A stretch of DNA of 64,000 nt from Eledone cirrhosa (taxonomy: Eukaryota). Position 1 is the first letter of the stretch, and every line of letters starts with the position of its first letter. Below are positions 1 through 63,897 of the stretch, piece by piece. The stretch spans positions 39,246,001-39,310,000 of the forward strand of contig OZ024746.1 of NCBI GenBank assembly GCA_964016885.1, written 5' to 3'. The translations under genes were made by a program, and so were the position numbers. Under the pieces are notes generated by a model, which had not been told where the DNA came from, did no database searches, and saw only the letters and a list, made by a program, of their open reading frames with translations.

Positions 1-219
1 TCGATCTTGGTGGGATTTGAACTCAATAATAAAGAGTACATATTGAATTCAGTTGATTTAATATAATTTTAATTTTTTTTTTTTAAGTTTAGAATAAAGT
101 AAACAATGAAATAATAATTTTGAAAAGGTTGGTTGATAGACTTGGTTAGTTTAAAATAGGATTATGAGAGAAGACTATTAGCACACGTAGGTCAGCATTA
201 TGGAAATAACAAAATTTTA

Positions 220-284
220 TAGTTAAAACTGAAATTAAATTTTATTTGACAATAGAATAATAAAATGTTATCTTCCAATACATA

Positions 285-335
<51 letters not shown>

Positions 336-3300
336 CCCCATGACCAATGTGGTAACTTAAAACAAAAGAAAAAAAAGATAACACAAAAACAGTGATATAT
401 ATATATATATATCTTGCTGTGTGTATGTACAATGAAAACACTATACATACACATCTATCTCCAAGAGCTATAGGAAATAAGTAGCAGGGAACGGATGGTT
501 GTTATTGGTAAAATCTTATGTATTTGCATTTTTCTCTTCCTCGCACACGCAAACGTTTCATTTTAATACATTCATACATCTGCAGTCAAATTAGGCAGCC
601 TACAATATTAGGCTGTAATCGGAAATATCCAACTGAAATATCAATCCAATGATAAGACGAATTATGCACACACAAAACAGTGACATATTCAACTTCTTTT
701 TATGAAAGTATGATTATGCTTTCATAAATGCAGTCACGTAACAGGTGCACAGCACACATACATGGGAACATATTCAATTGAAGTCTAATTCTTTCTTGCT
801 CATTCAAATCTCACTTGAGGTTTAAAAAATAAAACACTTTCAGAGGGAAAGACAAAGATGAGTTTGAACAGCAAACTTTGGGATACTGTTATTTCAATTA
901 TGTCAGAGAGTTATCATGGAAGAAAAGGAGGCAAGAATTAAATTTCAGCATTTTTCTTTTACTTCTTTTTATTTTTTTATGTTAAAAAAAAAAAGGGGTA
1001 GGAGGAAAGAAAGAATTTTACCAACAGGGCATGATTCTGTGTGCAAGCAAAAAAGCAAAGTGACTGCTGGATATGGCTTTAAGCAGAAAGCCATCCATCC
1101 AATCCAGTCTTCCATGCTATATAGGTTAGCACCAGGGTTTTGAATACCAAAATTGTTGATAATAAAGTTCAAAATAATTTTTAAAATTTTATTTTATTTT
1201 AATTTTATTTCTGTGTTTGTCAGCTTTAGAAAAATACAAGTTGTAGCCTTTATCAAAATAGGTTGGAATCCCCCATCATTTCTGCTTGCCTCTCGTAACT
1301 GCTCCATAACCGAGAACTCAAAAGATCAAAAGATTCAAAGATCAACAACTGATGGAAACTGTTCAGACAAAATGAAGTATAAGAGATACAGAAGTTTCTT
1401 ATCATTTCATTCAGTGATATTTTGCTCTTCTAAATATTAGCCTTCCTCATCTCTCTCTAAAACTGTGAGTGTCAATCACATATGATGAGGCATGATTGAT
1501 GATATTGGCAGTAAACATTCGGTGACATACGAAAAAAAAAACATTTATATATATATATATTTATATAAAATAAACAAGGTTTAAGAGCAGTACTGCTTTT
1601 TTGTTTTGTTTTTGTTGTTTGATTGATTGAGTTTAGCCTTCCATATAATGTTTAGTTAAAGGCTGATAAGAGGAAGCTTACTTTATAGAGAGACAAACAG
1701 AATGCCAAAAGTTATGACCTATTCGGTGGTCAAATAATGGAACTGAATTGGTAGGCATTCCTCCACTATTAACTACCCAGCCAAGGTGTGGCTGAATCCC
1801 AAATGAACACACTCACACAAAACAAGAAAAAAAAATCCCTTCGTTAAAGATATAAAAATAAATAAAACAGAAAAAAAGAATGAACCAAAACTTCCTCCAA
1901 ATCATTTTATATCTGTATTATTTCTCCACTTGATGTTATTAGTAAACACTGAACATTTCCTGTAGCTACAGAAACTGAACAGATAGCTAAGACGTAGAGA
2001 AGACTAAGTAGTATTATAAATGTTAGCAACCAAGGCTAGTAGAGAGACACAAAATAGACAGATTGTATTTTCAAATTAATTAAATCACTTAGAAAACCAT
2101 TTCTGACTGAAAATGTGAGAAGTTTGTGTGTATACATACATGCATAAATACATATACACACGCACACATATACATACACACACATAAATATATACACACA
2201 CACATACATACACATTAATCAGTGCTGAAGAAATGACCCAAACAAAACACTTTCTATATAAATCTGGAATATTTTCTCCTGTTGGTGCAAAACAGCTATT
2301 GGTGCAATGCAGCACAGCTGCAATGTAAAACGGTATCCAGTCTGAGTAGATAATATCTCTCTGTCTTTTAATTAGATTATAAGGGTCATTTATTTTCCTC
2401 AAGATTTATGTCAGACAAGTAGAGTCGCAACTAAAAATACATAGGGTGAGTAACATAGTTAACTACATTGGAAACCATTAACAAATATTACCAACATTAA
2501 ATTAATACTATGCGTGTTTTACTTTTCTATTTTTTAAAATGAAACCTGTTCATCTCTTTTGCATTTCATAAGACTTCTATTAATTGGAGGGTAGCATAGA
2601 GATGAGTTCTGATGATTTTCTTCATGGAAGACAGAAGAGAGCTCTCACAACTTCTTCATGAGAGGCAGAAGAAAATCCTGATAACTGCTTCACAAACAAT
2701 GTAGGAAAAGATACCAGGAATTATAGAGAGAGAGAAACAAAATAAATTGACTACATTTGTTATCAGTTAGTAGCGATCCTATTTAGTTGAGAGAAGCACA
2801 TCTTAACCAGAATCTATTGTAGACAAATCAACTGTGGAAATCTGCCAGCAAGAATTCAAGTTGAAACAAACTATTCTTATTCTGTAAGCTGGGCAGCTAC
2901 TGTCAAAGTTTTGAAGAGGGTGGTAGGTCAGTGGTTGGCCACTAATAAAATTACTGTAACTAATCTTATTGGCATCCTTACTGCTTGAAGCCACACCTCC
3001 TAGCACCAATGCTGCTATCATTGTCTACCAATAGTTACTAGTAGTAGCTTTATTTTTATACTAAGTTGTAAATTGTTATTGCTGTTTGTAATTGATAATG
3101 GTAATGTTACGAGAGTCAATGTTAACAATATCAAAATCATAAATATATGTATTTCATTTTAGGAATTAAGACAGAAAATAGGCTACACACAATAAAGGAT
3201 TGGCAATTGTTATATAGATACAAAAATACAATCTGAATGTTAAATGTTGCTAGAGTAGTTGTTGCCATTGTTTTCTCTCTTTTGTGTTCTTTATTTTTTT

Positions 3301-3719
3301 TTTTATTAATGGAAGGAAAGTAATTTGGTTCATTTCAGGTTGCAGGAAGAGGGCAAAGGAATATTGAATATGTCAGTGTTGTTGTTATATTCAGCATGAA
3401 TTGATATAAAAATGGTATTCCACACTGGCTGTTATCACAACATCCACTGCTTTGACTTATGTTTGTAAGTGTGCAGTAATAGTTTATTTGTGTTGGCCAT
3501 TATTGCCAAGCACTTTTATTACAGTTTGTCTGTCAGATGGTTTGTTTTTCATATTACTTACGGACAACTCACAATTACACAGCCAAAAGCAAGGGAGAAG
3601 ACAGAGAGATAGATAGATAGGAAGAGAGAGAGAGAGAGAGAGAGAGATAGGGAGAAAGAGAGATCATAGCAGTTAAAGTGAGAGGTGGTAAAGAAGGGAT
3701 CTTAGAGAGTTCAGTAAAT
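220..3719 (-). other. Putative long 3' UTR of ACTN with several candidate AATAAA signals (about 3515, 3290-3307, 3050, 2389, 1188-1209, 241-246)
   Basis: Lies downstream of the stop codon, has no recognisable SINE or MITE, and carries multiple minus-strand AATAAA. The true end cannot be determined from sequence alone. Confidence 0.5.
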
Positions 3720-51920
<48,201 letters not shown>

Positions 51921-54797
51921 TTAAAAAATCATTAATAAACACATTATTAACAGCACCCATGTCATTGGTAACTAATTTCTAACTTGAAAATATATTACGG
52001 ACAATTTTTTAATAAAACAATACTTTATGGCTATAACAATCTCCATTTATCTTCTTCCTACCCTCACCCCCCTAGGAGTTGTGTACCTAGAACTATATTA
52101 CACAATATGTTCTGTTTTGAAAATGGTATGGAATGGAATGATTCAAATGAGATTTAGCTGCTATTTGAGAAACCTTAGTGGTTTCATCGTTGGCTTGATT
52201 CTAGAACTGTAGTCATACAGAGTTTACTGGATAGAGTTACGAAAACTATTTCATTTCAGAACATACTACATAAGAAACTTATGTCAGTCTTTTAACTATT
52301 TAGCATTGATATTACTCTATATTTCCGATTGTATATTCATGGTAAAGGTTTTATCTCACATAATTATTGAACATAATATCAAGTCTGAGATTTTGATGAT
52401 GTTATTGTTTATTTTAAGAACGATATCTTAAAGTCAGTATGAGCTGCCAGTTATGGCCGGTTTAAAAAAAAGGGAAAGAATTCTTTCCAGATACAGCCAG
52501 TTTAAATGTTAAAGGGTTAAACTCACTATATATTTTAAGAGGGAAACATAGTTATTGATAGATATTATCAACAACAATTACAACAAAGAAAAAGTCAATC
52601 AGTACAGAAATCAGCTTCAACACCAACAAACGTACTATATATAAATATACTTGTACAATAAAGGCACACATGGATCCATATACAGCATGTTAATGCTATC
52701 ACTAATAAATATGATTATATTTAATATGATTTTATTTAATATGCCAGTCAGTAAAACAAAATTAACTAAATTCTGCGTATCTAGCAAAATATTCTTTCCC
52801 ACCCTTTCGATATTATCAGATCAATAGCAATCGAATAGATATCACAAAAGTTGTATATATTTCTCCTCGTCTTTCAAATAATCAATGTTCACTTCAAAAC
52901 GTTTATTATTTTAAAGAATTTATTTCTATTGAGAATAAACGTTAATAAAATACAAACAGTAATTCTATTTCAATCATGTCAAATAGTTTAGTAAATGCAC
53001 CATAGTTCAATGTCTAATACAAGAGAAAATCATATGATCCCGCCTACATAATAATAGACTAAGTCCTAGTTACATAATAGCAAAAGCTATACTGGAAACA
53101 TTCTTATAAATTTACTTATGCACACTAGTTTTTCCCCATGATTATATAACTTAACTAATTTCATTGTTAGTGACTTTTTATTTATTTTTATTGTAATGCT
53201 GAATTCATGTCTTTCATGATCAGAATAGAAGGCAATATCTTATCTTTCAGATGCAGCCAAATAATTGTTTCTGATTTAGACACAAGGCCAACAATTTTGG
53301 GGGAGGAGAAAGTCAATTAAATCGACCCCAGTGTGTTAGTAATATTTTATTTTATTTTATTGAGCCTGTAAAGGTGAGAGACAAAGCTAACCTCAGCAGG
53401 ATTTGAACTCGGAACATAAAGGGACATAACTATATGCTGTAAAGCATTTTATCCGACGCTCTACCGATATTGCCAAATAATATTTTAAAAAAGCCTTTCA
53501 AATGTTCGACCTGCATAATCTCTTGTCTAGAGCTATGTATACACATATAGGCAAGTGTATTACACACACACTACTTAGATTCCACCCCTCTACTGAACAC
53601 ATTGATAAGAGAACATACAGTCAAGATAGCAATGTGCAGTATGCTGCCAGTAAGTGTGGTTGGTCTATGACAAAGGTAAAAGTATACTGGTTAAAAAGTG
53701 AGCTAAATATAACTAGACATTGGACATTTTGTTGATAGTTTGAGCAACCAATTAGTAGCATTGTTTTGTGCTTCTAATCAAAGAATTCCTGATTCAGCTC
53801 CAGGTGATTAAGTTCTCTTATCAAATGAGTACTAGTTTTTAGAAATGCCTATAGCCTCACATGTATAAACTGCAAACATTTTAAGTTAAATGTGGTCAAT
53901 ACTTTTGCAAACAATACTAGTTATTTGGCCAAGAGGAAATTAGAAGTTTTTAAACAAGCAAAGTCAGAAGTGTATGTGTGTGTGCACACGCACTCACATA
54001 CACACACACAACATATTATCATCATCATCATCATTTTTACATCCACTTTTCCATCTAGTAAGAGTTGGATGGGATGTTTTGAGACAATGTTTTATGCCAA
54101 TTCTAAACAGGATACACACAGACACATACGCAAATACACATACATACACACATTTGTGTTGTTCTTGAGCAAGACACTTTATTTCACGTTGTTCCAGTTC
54201 CTTCAGCTGCAGAAATGAGTTGTGACGTCACTGGTGCCAAGCTGTATTGGCCTTTGCCTTTCTCTAGGACAACATTGGTGGCGTGGAGAGGGGAGACTGA
54301 TATGCATGGGTGACTGCTGGTCTTCTACAAACAACCTTGTCGCTAGACCTACTAAGAATAGCAGCCTAATCTCCCTCAAATAATGGCTTCTGATTTAGGC
54401 ACTAGACAAACAATTTTGTGGGGAAAGGAAAATTGCTTAAATTGACTTGTTTGTTTTTTGCTGATACTTTATTTTATAAACCCCATATGGTTGAAAGGCA
54501 AAGCTAACCTCGGCAGGATTTGAACTCAGAACATAAAGGGACAAAACTATGCTGAAAATCATATTTGATGCTCTACCCATGCCAATCCACCACCCTCAAT
54601 ACAATACAATCTTGAGTGAAGAAAAGACATCTCTAAAGGATAGTCACAAGTGAAATGCATTTCATCGTATGTCTGGGTTGACCTGAGCCTTAACAATAAC
54701 TATAACAATTTGAATGCAGTCTCTATGTGGTCACTTGACATAATAAAAATAGTAACACAAGCTCCCTGAAATAATACATTTTTTATAAATTCAAATT

Positions 54798-54915
54798 GAC
54801 AAGATCTCAGATCTTATTCACTTCCCAAGTGAGGTGGAACTCATCAGATCAGAACAAGAAAACAATGTTTCCCATGGTCTTTCCAATTGCTGATACTATC
54901 TACCAGTCACAACTC
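54798..54915. repeat. Unclassified interspersed repeat of about 120 bp
   Basis: Copies at about 22779-22878, 29345-29440, 42565-42675, and reverse copies at 24339-24445 and 57805-57920. Confidence 0.7.
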
Positions 54916-56933
54916 CTGGCAGAATCAAATAATACTATACAAACTTTAAAAAAAAGACATCTCTAAAGAGACAGGATTATTACAAACAAAATGTATCTAA
55001 TCATAGGTCTGGCCTGACTTGACCCTAAACAACAACTATAGTTATATGAAGGTTGAAATAAAATCATAAACTATGGTGAAAAGATGTTTGCATATGTGTT
55101 ACGCCTTGAAAGATTTTATCTTAAAACTTTGTTTTCCATGATTAAAAAAATGTCTTGGTTTTAATTCGGTGAATCATTAAGAAATTTCAACTTGTCAGTA
55201 AAGCACTTAATCAACAAACTTACAGCTACCAATCAGTGATAATAATTATAAGAATGATAGTCACAATGACAATGCTAAACATGAATTAAAAAAACTGAAG
55301 AGAGAAAAAACAATAAGAGAATGCTGTTTTCATGACAAGCAACTAAGAAAAGAATAGGTATTTGAATGAGTATTTTGGTAAAACAGTAAGCTTCGCTGAT
55401 CATTTGACATATCTATTATTTTAATTATACACAAACTGAAAAGCCATCAAACTTTACATGATTATATATATATATACACACGTCATATATACGTATGTAT
55501 ATATATATATATATATAAATATATATATACATATGTCATGTGTACACACATACTGTTCAATTCAAAACATGTTAACTGACAAATCCTTATAGAAGTAAAA
55601 CAGTATTTTATAGAACTTGGTCAATATGTTAAGCCAAACCTATTATTTGAATTTGACTTTAATTAGACAGCAGTTAGATAAACACCTCACTAACATCAGT
55701 AATACAGGGTCAGAATGTCTATTTTGTTATCGCAGTTGGAATCACAGATTGCACACATAATATGTAACTGTAATGTCATAGATTACATAATGTGAGCTAA
55801 CCTTCTAGTAAATCAATAATACATCATATGATGTAAAATAATATAGTGCCATTAGAAAACAACATATTGTTATAAGGTTATAAAGTTAAAAGCCAACATT
55901 TTTGATAATAAACAAGCAATTCTCAACAGTTTACATCAAATAGACTGAATAAAGAATTTTGTATCCTCTCAGTTTTCAAACACCATACTTCATCACCATC
56001 GTTTAGCATCTGTTTTCCCTGCTAACAAAATGTTATGTAAGTATATGATTTTATTCAAAGACATAAATGATATAAATTTTGTTTTTAGGTTGAAGATTAG
56101 ATAAGATAAAACTAAGTGCTCGACTTTCAAAATTATTTATTACTCGATGTGTTTTAAGCTTAGATAATAGTTAATTCTCAATGTACAATTTTTTCAGTGT
56201 GCACAAGGACATGGAAATACTTGGTTTTGTGCCTGAGTGTGCAATAAACCCACAGAGAGTGAAAGACTCCTAGTTCTTGTTAGGACATCATTCTAGAAGG
56301 AAAACTGATATAAAACCTGCAACTCAATGGTAGCTAATGATGACTTGTTTATGGATACTTGTAGCCAATGAAGTTGACTTCTTTATGGATACTTGTTACT
56401 GTGTTGAGAGAGTAGGATTGGTCCAATGTAAGGCCTTTCTTCACTTAAAAAAGGTTCAAACACAAGCATGAAAGTAATTTAGATCAAGGGATGTCTAAGC
56501 ATAGCCTTTGTTTTTTTGTTTTTTTTTGTTGCAGCACATGCAGAAAGGAATCTAAGTCCTTGGCAGGACTAAAAGGTCATGTTCATGCAAACTATGTATA
56601 AGAAAAAGGTCATGGGATGGCAATTCTTGAAACTGAGATGCAGCCATTATGCATGCATTCATTTATTAATTTTTTAATGGCCTAACCTATTATTTAGTAA
56701 GAGTAGCACTCATGACCTCTAGAAGACCTCCATGAATGGTGAGAAAAAGGAATATTCTGGTTTCCTCAGATCAGAAACCTGGTGTTTAAATGCTGAGACT
56801 TTATTAATGGCAGCCAAGTGCCTGGTGGCATTTACCCTGTAGCATTTACTATTATATTTTCATGGTAAAGGCTTTACCTTATATAATTATCTCACATAAT
56901 ATCGAATTTTGATGGCCATTTAAGTCTCTCACT

Positions 56934-56973
<40 letters not shown>

Positions 56974-58063
56974 GTATATGAATAATGCCATTATACATTT
57001 TCACCGGAGTTTTTCATAGTGCTGGATAGATGGTAAAGTTCTTTCTCTTCTACATACAGACTCTCAATCATACTCATAATTCTCCATATTTATTTATCAT
57101 ACAGTTAGGTAACTGAATGTTCTCTGCATATATTTCAACCACATTTACATGGACTGGGTGCTTTTTATCATGGTATCAACACTAACCGCCATTACAGGAT
57201 GGGCTGAATGCTTTTTGTCATGCCACCAACACAACCACCTTACAGGATGCTTTTGTCATATACATTCTGTTTGTTGCACATAACCTCACTTTTTGTTGAC
57301 AAATTTTCTTTGTTCAACTGTGCATGTATTTTATTTCAACATGTTCTACATTCACTTACATGCTAACATTACTTAGCAAATTTAATTGTTTAACAAAGAC
57401 ATTCTGATACCAACAAGTCACTATTTAATACCAGAGTAGAAATTCTGTTCCATATAAAATATTAAATAGATTACCACAAATAAAAACATATCTATTTCTT
57501 TATGCTGGAATCAGTTTTTAAATGACGTAAGGAAGGAATAATAAAGTTACTCATGTATCAAAAGATACACTTCAAGATTAATAGATGTTTCTATTGAAAA
57601 CCATGAGAATTTAGAATGACTGATGAATTTGGAATCATAAAGTAAGGTTCTAGCATATTTGATCTGTTTATTAACTAAGGCACGTGGCTTAGTGCTTAGG
57701 GAATTGGATTCGCAATTGTGAGGTTGCAATTTCAATTCCCGGACTGGGTGATGTGTTATGTCCTTAAGCAAGACACTTTATTTCATGTTGCTCCTTCTAT
57801 CAGAAGCTGCAACAAGTAGATTGTACCAGAAATGGAAAGATCAATGGAAACATTGTTTCCTTGGTCCGATTTGATGAGTGTTACCCAACTTGGTAAGCAA
57901 ATGAGGTCTGCGATCTCGTCTTATCAGGGTTTTTTGTTTTTGTTTTAATAAGAAAGTATCATTTCACTGGCAAATCACTTCATATATACTACAAAGGCTA
58001 ATCACCAACTTCATCAACTCAATCATTTCAACACAGCTTCAGCCACTACAAGTTTGTCAATAG

Positions 58064-58099
<36 letters not shown>

Positions 58100-58850
58100 G
58101 TTGTAAGGAAATATCTCTTTTCAAATTCAATAATAAAATTTGGAGCATTAATGTGAGTACTAACTTTTAATTAATTTTGTCATATTTTAGTTAGATTTCA
58201 ATGAATTCTGAAACTGTTCATTATAACTGTCAATGATAATTGAATTCACTGCGAAGAAGTAGATTATGTTGAACACAAACAGCTAGATAGTGGGAAGGTG
58301 CAGCTTATTCAATTCAGAACAATGTAACTTGGGAATGAATGATATTGCTTCAAACATCATTATAAAAGATATGTTGGTTAAACTGAGAAAATGTTTATAA
58401 AATCAATTAAAAGTAATGTACATTTGCTTGCTACAAAATTTACAGTAGTTCCAACAGAATATTTCCCTAAAATATTGATAATATATATACAGACGAATAC
58501 CTAAATTTTCAAACATTCTCATCAGCTTAACATTAACCATGCTTTTCTTTACTCTTCACTTTCCAACACATACACACATATATATATATATACAAACGAG
58601 ATCGTGTAGGTGTCACGACAAAAAAACACACAGTCCACGCTGTAATGTGACCGTGTAGGCAACACGGTAAAAACCTCCCAGTCCCACACGGTAAATGTGG
58701 TTGGTGTTAGGAAGGGCATCCAGCTGTAGAAAACACGCCAGACAGTCCTATGCGAGCAAGACAGCCACTCTTGCCTCAAGTGGGAAAACCCCCGTCCAAA
58801 CCCATGCAAGCGTGGAACAGGGACGTTAAACGATGATGATGATGATGATG

Positions 58851-58888
<38 letters not shown>

Positions 58889-61800
58889 GTGTAACAGGTA
58901 AACAGAAATAACAAAAATAAAACAAATAGCACAGTACATGGACGAAATATACTAGTTTAATAGCATGGAAAATAGATGTAAAACGTGATGATGATGATGG
59001 TGTTGATGATATATAGAGACAGATCTTGAACTATTGACAACTATCAATAAGAAACTAAATTTGAAATAAAGTGAGGCAGAGGACATACACTATGGCTGCT
59101 TTCATTCTATATGAAATCTGGACAACTATTAATGTTGATAGCTACTGAAAGCGACATGTAAATGGATAATGATAAATAATAAAAAAATGTTCTGGTGAAT
59201 GAATAAGGTCAAAGTATGTGTGTATTTTGATGAAAGTAGAGTTAAGTGAGTAGAAAAGAGATGAGATAAACGAGGTCTTCTGCAAAACAGCAAACTTGCT
59301 GTGTAACATAGACATGTCCAAAAGGCAAGATGATTAAATCAGAAGCAAATGGGGCCATGTATAGAATGCATAGTTCAATTAGTTGGACAATAAGATAAAA
59401 GATAAAATAAGTTTATGATTTCCTCAGTAATTACAGTCATTCTGATAAAACTAGTATGACTCATAATTGCAACAAATTATTTCATACCATAGTATAATTT
59501 ACTTTTCTCTTTCTACATAATATAATTTAGACTGTAACAAACAAGACTTCATTAAAAAGACATAAGTGACACCCCCACCTTCTGCCCTATATACAAACAA
59601 GAGAGGAAGAGTTGCAACAGACATCTATAGCCCAAAAAATACAACAATAAAACTAGATATGATAAATGAGGACGATAAGGATAGTGGGGAAAAAGTGAAG
59701 AGAAAACAGAGTGATTAATGGGAGGGAGGAAATAGATAATGATATAAGTATTAGCTCTAGGATGTCAGGAACTTTTGATTGTAAAATGTCAGAACAGCAT
59801 AAAGCAAGTTCAATTCCAGTTTGCAAAAGAAATTTCACTTCAGCTAACAATTAACAAATGAGTTGTCAGGCTGTGCTTTGTACACAAATTCATACAATTT
59901 TGGCCTCCAACTACCACATACAATAGAAAAAGTGAAATTTTTTAAAATGAGATTTTTTAATACAAATGAGAGATAGATTAAGATTTATCCCATGTACAAA
60001 TGCATTAGAAGACCTTGATTTTGCTCAGTATTAAGCTCTAAACATGTCTGCAGAGAAGACATTTGGGTCTAGTCTAAAGTCTGTCTCAAGCCCAGAGGCT
60101 ACTCAGGCCAGTGCTTATCAAGGTTTCCATGGTATTAAGTAACTGGGAATACAAGACTCTCCCCTGGTCAAGCTGCCAGTCCATCAAAGGAATAAAACCC
60201 CAGCTACAACTGGTACTCATTTTCAGCCGAATATACTGAAGTAATGTGAAATGAAGTGTTTTGCTTAAGTATACCAAACAGACTGGTTTAATTGCCTGTG
60301 GATTAAAATGTATCCAAGATCACCTACCACGGTTGACAGCAATTTCCTTGCCCAAAGTAAACCCAATAGAGAAACCAGCTGTATGAGTCATGACAAAAAG
60401 CGCCCAGTCCACACTGTAAAGGTGGTTGGTTAGGAAGGGCATCCAGCCATAGAAACTATGCCAGAAACAGTTCTCTATGAGCAAGACACGGTCTTCTGAT
60501 TTGGTTTGTCTCACAATGGGAAACCTTGTCTAATCCATGCTAGCGTGAAAAATGGATGTTAAATGACGATAAAAAACAACAGGAAGTGAAGAAACAAACA
60601 AATAACAAACACATAACCATGTGTACTTTTACATACATACAAATATGCATAACAATTTCATCTATCATTAATATCATCTATATATTTGAAGATTTCAAGC
60701 TCACAAATGAAATATATGTTGTATAGCAATTAATGGATGCATAACACAATGTAAGGGCAAATAGTTATATAAGCTGCACTTACGAACAAGTGCTTCTAGT
60801 AAGTGCACCTTTAGCCATGTCAAAAAAAGAAAAAAAAAGAAAAGACACCATGATGTACTTTTTCAGTGAGGCTAAAAATGTTTTTAGTAAAAACACTCTT
60901 ATAAGTTTATTTTGTATGTGCATGTGCATCGATAGAAAGATAAATATTTTTACTATCTCACTTGATAATATATAAGATGTCTCTACTAAACTATGTGTGT
61001 GTGTATCATCACTTTAACATCCATTTCTCCACACTAGCATGGGTTAGATGGGATGTCCTGTTGTGAAAAATGCCAGGTCAGGTGACCATGTCTTGCATAC
61101 TATATATATATATGCTTCAGCTTCAACATATATCGAAAACACTATCTATTACTTCCTCCTTTACAGTGCAGTTTTCTTCTTAAATCTATGTTTAATCTGC
61201 TTAAGCAGATACTAACATCTGCATCCCATTCAAATATACTCAGCAGTCATGATTTTTTCTTTTAATGTATGTAGTTAAAGTAATATAGACTATATAGATT
61301 TCATATATGCCTTATTTACTTTTAGTATAACTACAAGACCAATTAGTTCAGTCTGCCTTCTTTTTATGGTATCCTTAAACCAATCTTATTTAGTCTCTTT
61401 CTATTCCACATAGTGAGAGCACAGATATTTTCTATGTAACAATACAAAGAAAATATACTGTCTGCGATAGCTTTTATCTACCATAACTTAGTGGTTTAAT
61501 ATAAAAGAGATTGATCAAATAAATACAAGTCTTAAAAAATAATAATACTGGAGTCAGTCGATATGATTGACTTTAACAATGCCCCAGTATGGGCAGTCTA
61601 ATTACTGACATCAGTAAAAGAATTAAAAAAATATTTATGTTGAAACCTCCACACCATCTTGTTCTGTGGAAGCAACAGTGATAAATTGAACAATCTGACT
61701 ATGGATAGTATAATAGTAAAAGTAAGAATTGGCAAACTATAACAATTCTTATAACATCGCTTATGAACAGTGTAGCTTCGATTTCTAGCTGAAATTGTAT

Positions 61801-62861
61801 TATTTCATTTATGGTATTATGACCTTGGAAAAGGCATTGATTTCACAATTCTCATGTCTTTGCTTGCCTGAAGTCAATAAGGCTAATGATTTAATGATGA
61901 ATAAATATGCTAATGAGAAAACAAACAAGCAAAAAACCCAGAAAATTTAGTAATTCATATCACTAATAATTGCTGAGCAAAAGGTAGTGTATTAGAAATG
62001 ATTTCATAGTCATGTAGCTCTATCTGGTCAATACTGTCTGTTATTAAGTAACAAATTAACCATATATATAGAACTTGTCATACAGACAAGCAATCATTAT
62101 TACATAACAATTAGTTTATATTGTTTCATAGCCCTATATTACAACACCAACTACGTTGTTTAGTATAGCTGTATAGTTGATATCCTTATAGCAACCAAAA
62201 TGGTAGCCAGGCAGATGTCAAAATCAGAAGGCAAAATTAATGGCAATTGCAGAAGGTAAATCAATGCAATGCCACCAGGAAACATTTTTAGTCAACTGGG
62301 GAGAAGATAATTACCAACCTCTATATTTCCCTGTTTAATTTGATTTGCTCTGGTTAGCTGCTGATGTCTTATTGATTATTAATTTCACGTTCTTTAAATA
62401 ATGTGCAGGATAATTAGTAGAAAAATGACTGCCTATGAGACCAAATAAAAAGGAACAGTCATAATTTATTTAAATGATATTTTCATACCATGAATCTGTT
62501 GGATAGATGCAATGTTACTATATTTTAGACAATGGATACTGCTGTTCAGATGCAGCATGTTAGTACATGTTAAAAAGCATTTCCCAACAGAGACATCAAC
62601 AGCAAACAAAGGTGCAGGCCTGAATCTAATTTGAATGGATACTTTATATGTTGTTGCACACTCCTGCATTCTTTGTTTTTTCAAAGTCCAACAATAATGT
62701 ACTTTATTAACAAATGTAGAATTTACAAGAGGCACATGGAAACCACTGCCACCTGTCTTATAATGGGACCTGGCTTGCATCTTTTTACTTACATTTATGG
62801 TACACATACCTATTTCTTATCACCAGTATCATATTTTTCTCTCTAAACATTGAACCAAATA

Positions 62862-63194
62862 CAGTGTGCCTCGGCATTCGCGGTCTCGGTTATTCACGGA
62901 ATTTTCCTAAGAACCTAACTAATAATTGTTTGTGGAAACCACTGCATATTTGCAAAATCATAAATATCTTCTGCAATTTTTTAATGGCTTTTTTCATGGC
63001 CATATATATTTTTTTCACGCTTTTTAATGCTAAATTATTAATAACAATATACTGTATTTGCCAGCCTATATTATATGTTATGTTTTGACATTCACAGGAA
63101 ATTTTGTGGACCACATCCAATAATCATGTTTTTTCACTTCACTCCTCGCAGATTATCTAGGAACGTAACCCCCACGGATACTGGGGGATAACTA
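62862..63194. mobile_element. Tigger/pogo-type (MER2-like TIR) MITE with TA TSD
   Basis: Left end TA-CAGTGTGCCTCGGCATTCGCGG; reverse complement of right end TA-TAGTTATCCCCCAGTATCCGTGGGGG. Confidence 0.65.
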
Positions 63195-63751
63195 TATTAC
63201 ATACCATTCAAGGGAAACAACTCATAAAAATTATTAGAATGCTAAAGGTTAACATCCACTCTCCCTGCTAGCAAGAGATGGACAGGTCTTCAGAGACAAT
63301 GTCAGTACTGAAGCAAGGCTAGATTCATACAATCCTTGCTAGCGGGGAAGGGGGAGGGGGGGGCGGATATTATATGATGATTATATATGTGTGTGTGAAT
63401 GAAGAAACAACCATAAAACACAATGATGATAATATAAAATATGATAAGAGACAACACAAATCAACTTGATATAAGAGAGTGAGAGAATGAGAAGAAACGA
63501 GAAAAACTTAAGGGCTGTTTATGATCAAACCACGATAAAACATCAAGTATAAGATAAACTATGAAAGATAGTAAAAATAAGTAAAGAAGAAAAGAAATCC
63601 AATTGGGAACGTATTCATTTCAGGTAAACTAAAACATTGATTTAAGGTGGAAGTAGGTTATGGCAAGTATGTTAAGTGACTCCAGTTAAATCACTCTAAT
63701 ATGACATGATTTGAATACATGCTTTTATATATATATATATATATATATATG

Positions 63752-63820
<69 letters not shown>

Positions 63821-63824
<4 letters not shown>

Positions 63825-63897
63825 GTGTCCCCCAAAAATGTATACAAACTTCAATAGCATTTTCATGAATATGTGTATACATTTTGGGGGACACCTG
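63821..63897. mobile_element. 77-bp Tc1/mariner-type mini-MITE inside a (CA)n/(TA)n microsatellite
   Basis: TIRs cagggtgtcccccaaaaatgtatac and gtatacattttgggggacacctg-TA. Confidence 0.75.

Noticed and set aside
57678-57750. tRNA-like sequence with A and B boxes
   Set aside because: It continues directly into a CORE-like SINE body and has a broken cloverleaf, so it is a SINE head rather than a tRNA gene.
62466-62807. 113-aa minus-strand ORF as a possible actinin exon 3 or nested gene
   Set aside because: No similarity to the expected CH1 sequence (KMRFHKIANVNKAL) or any family I recognise, and no ATG start.
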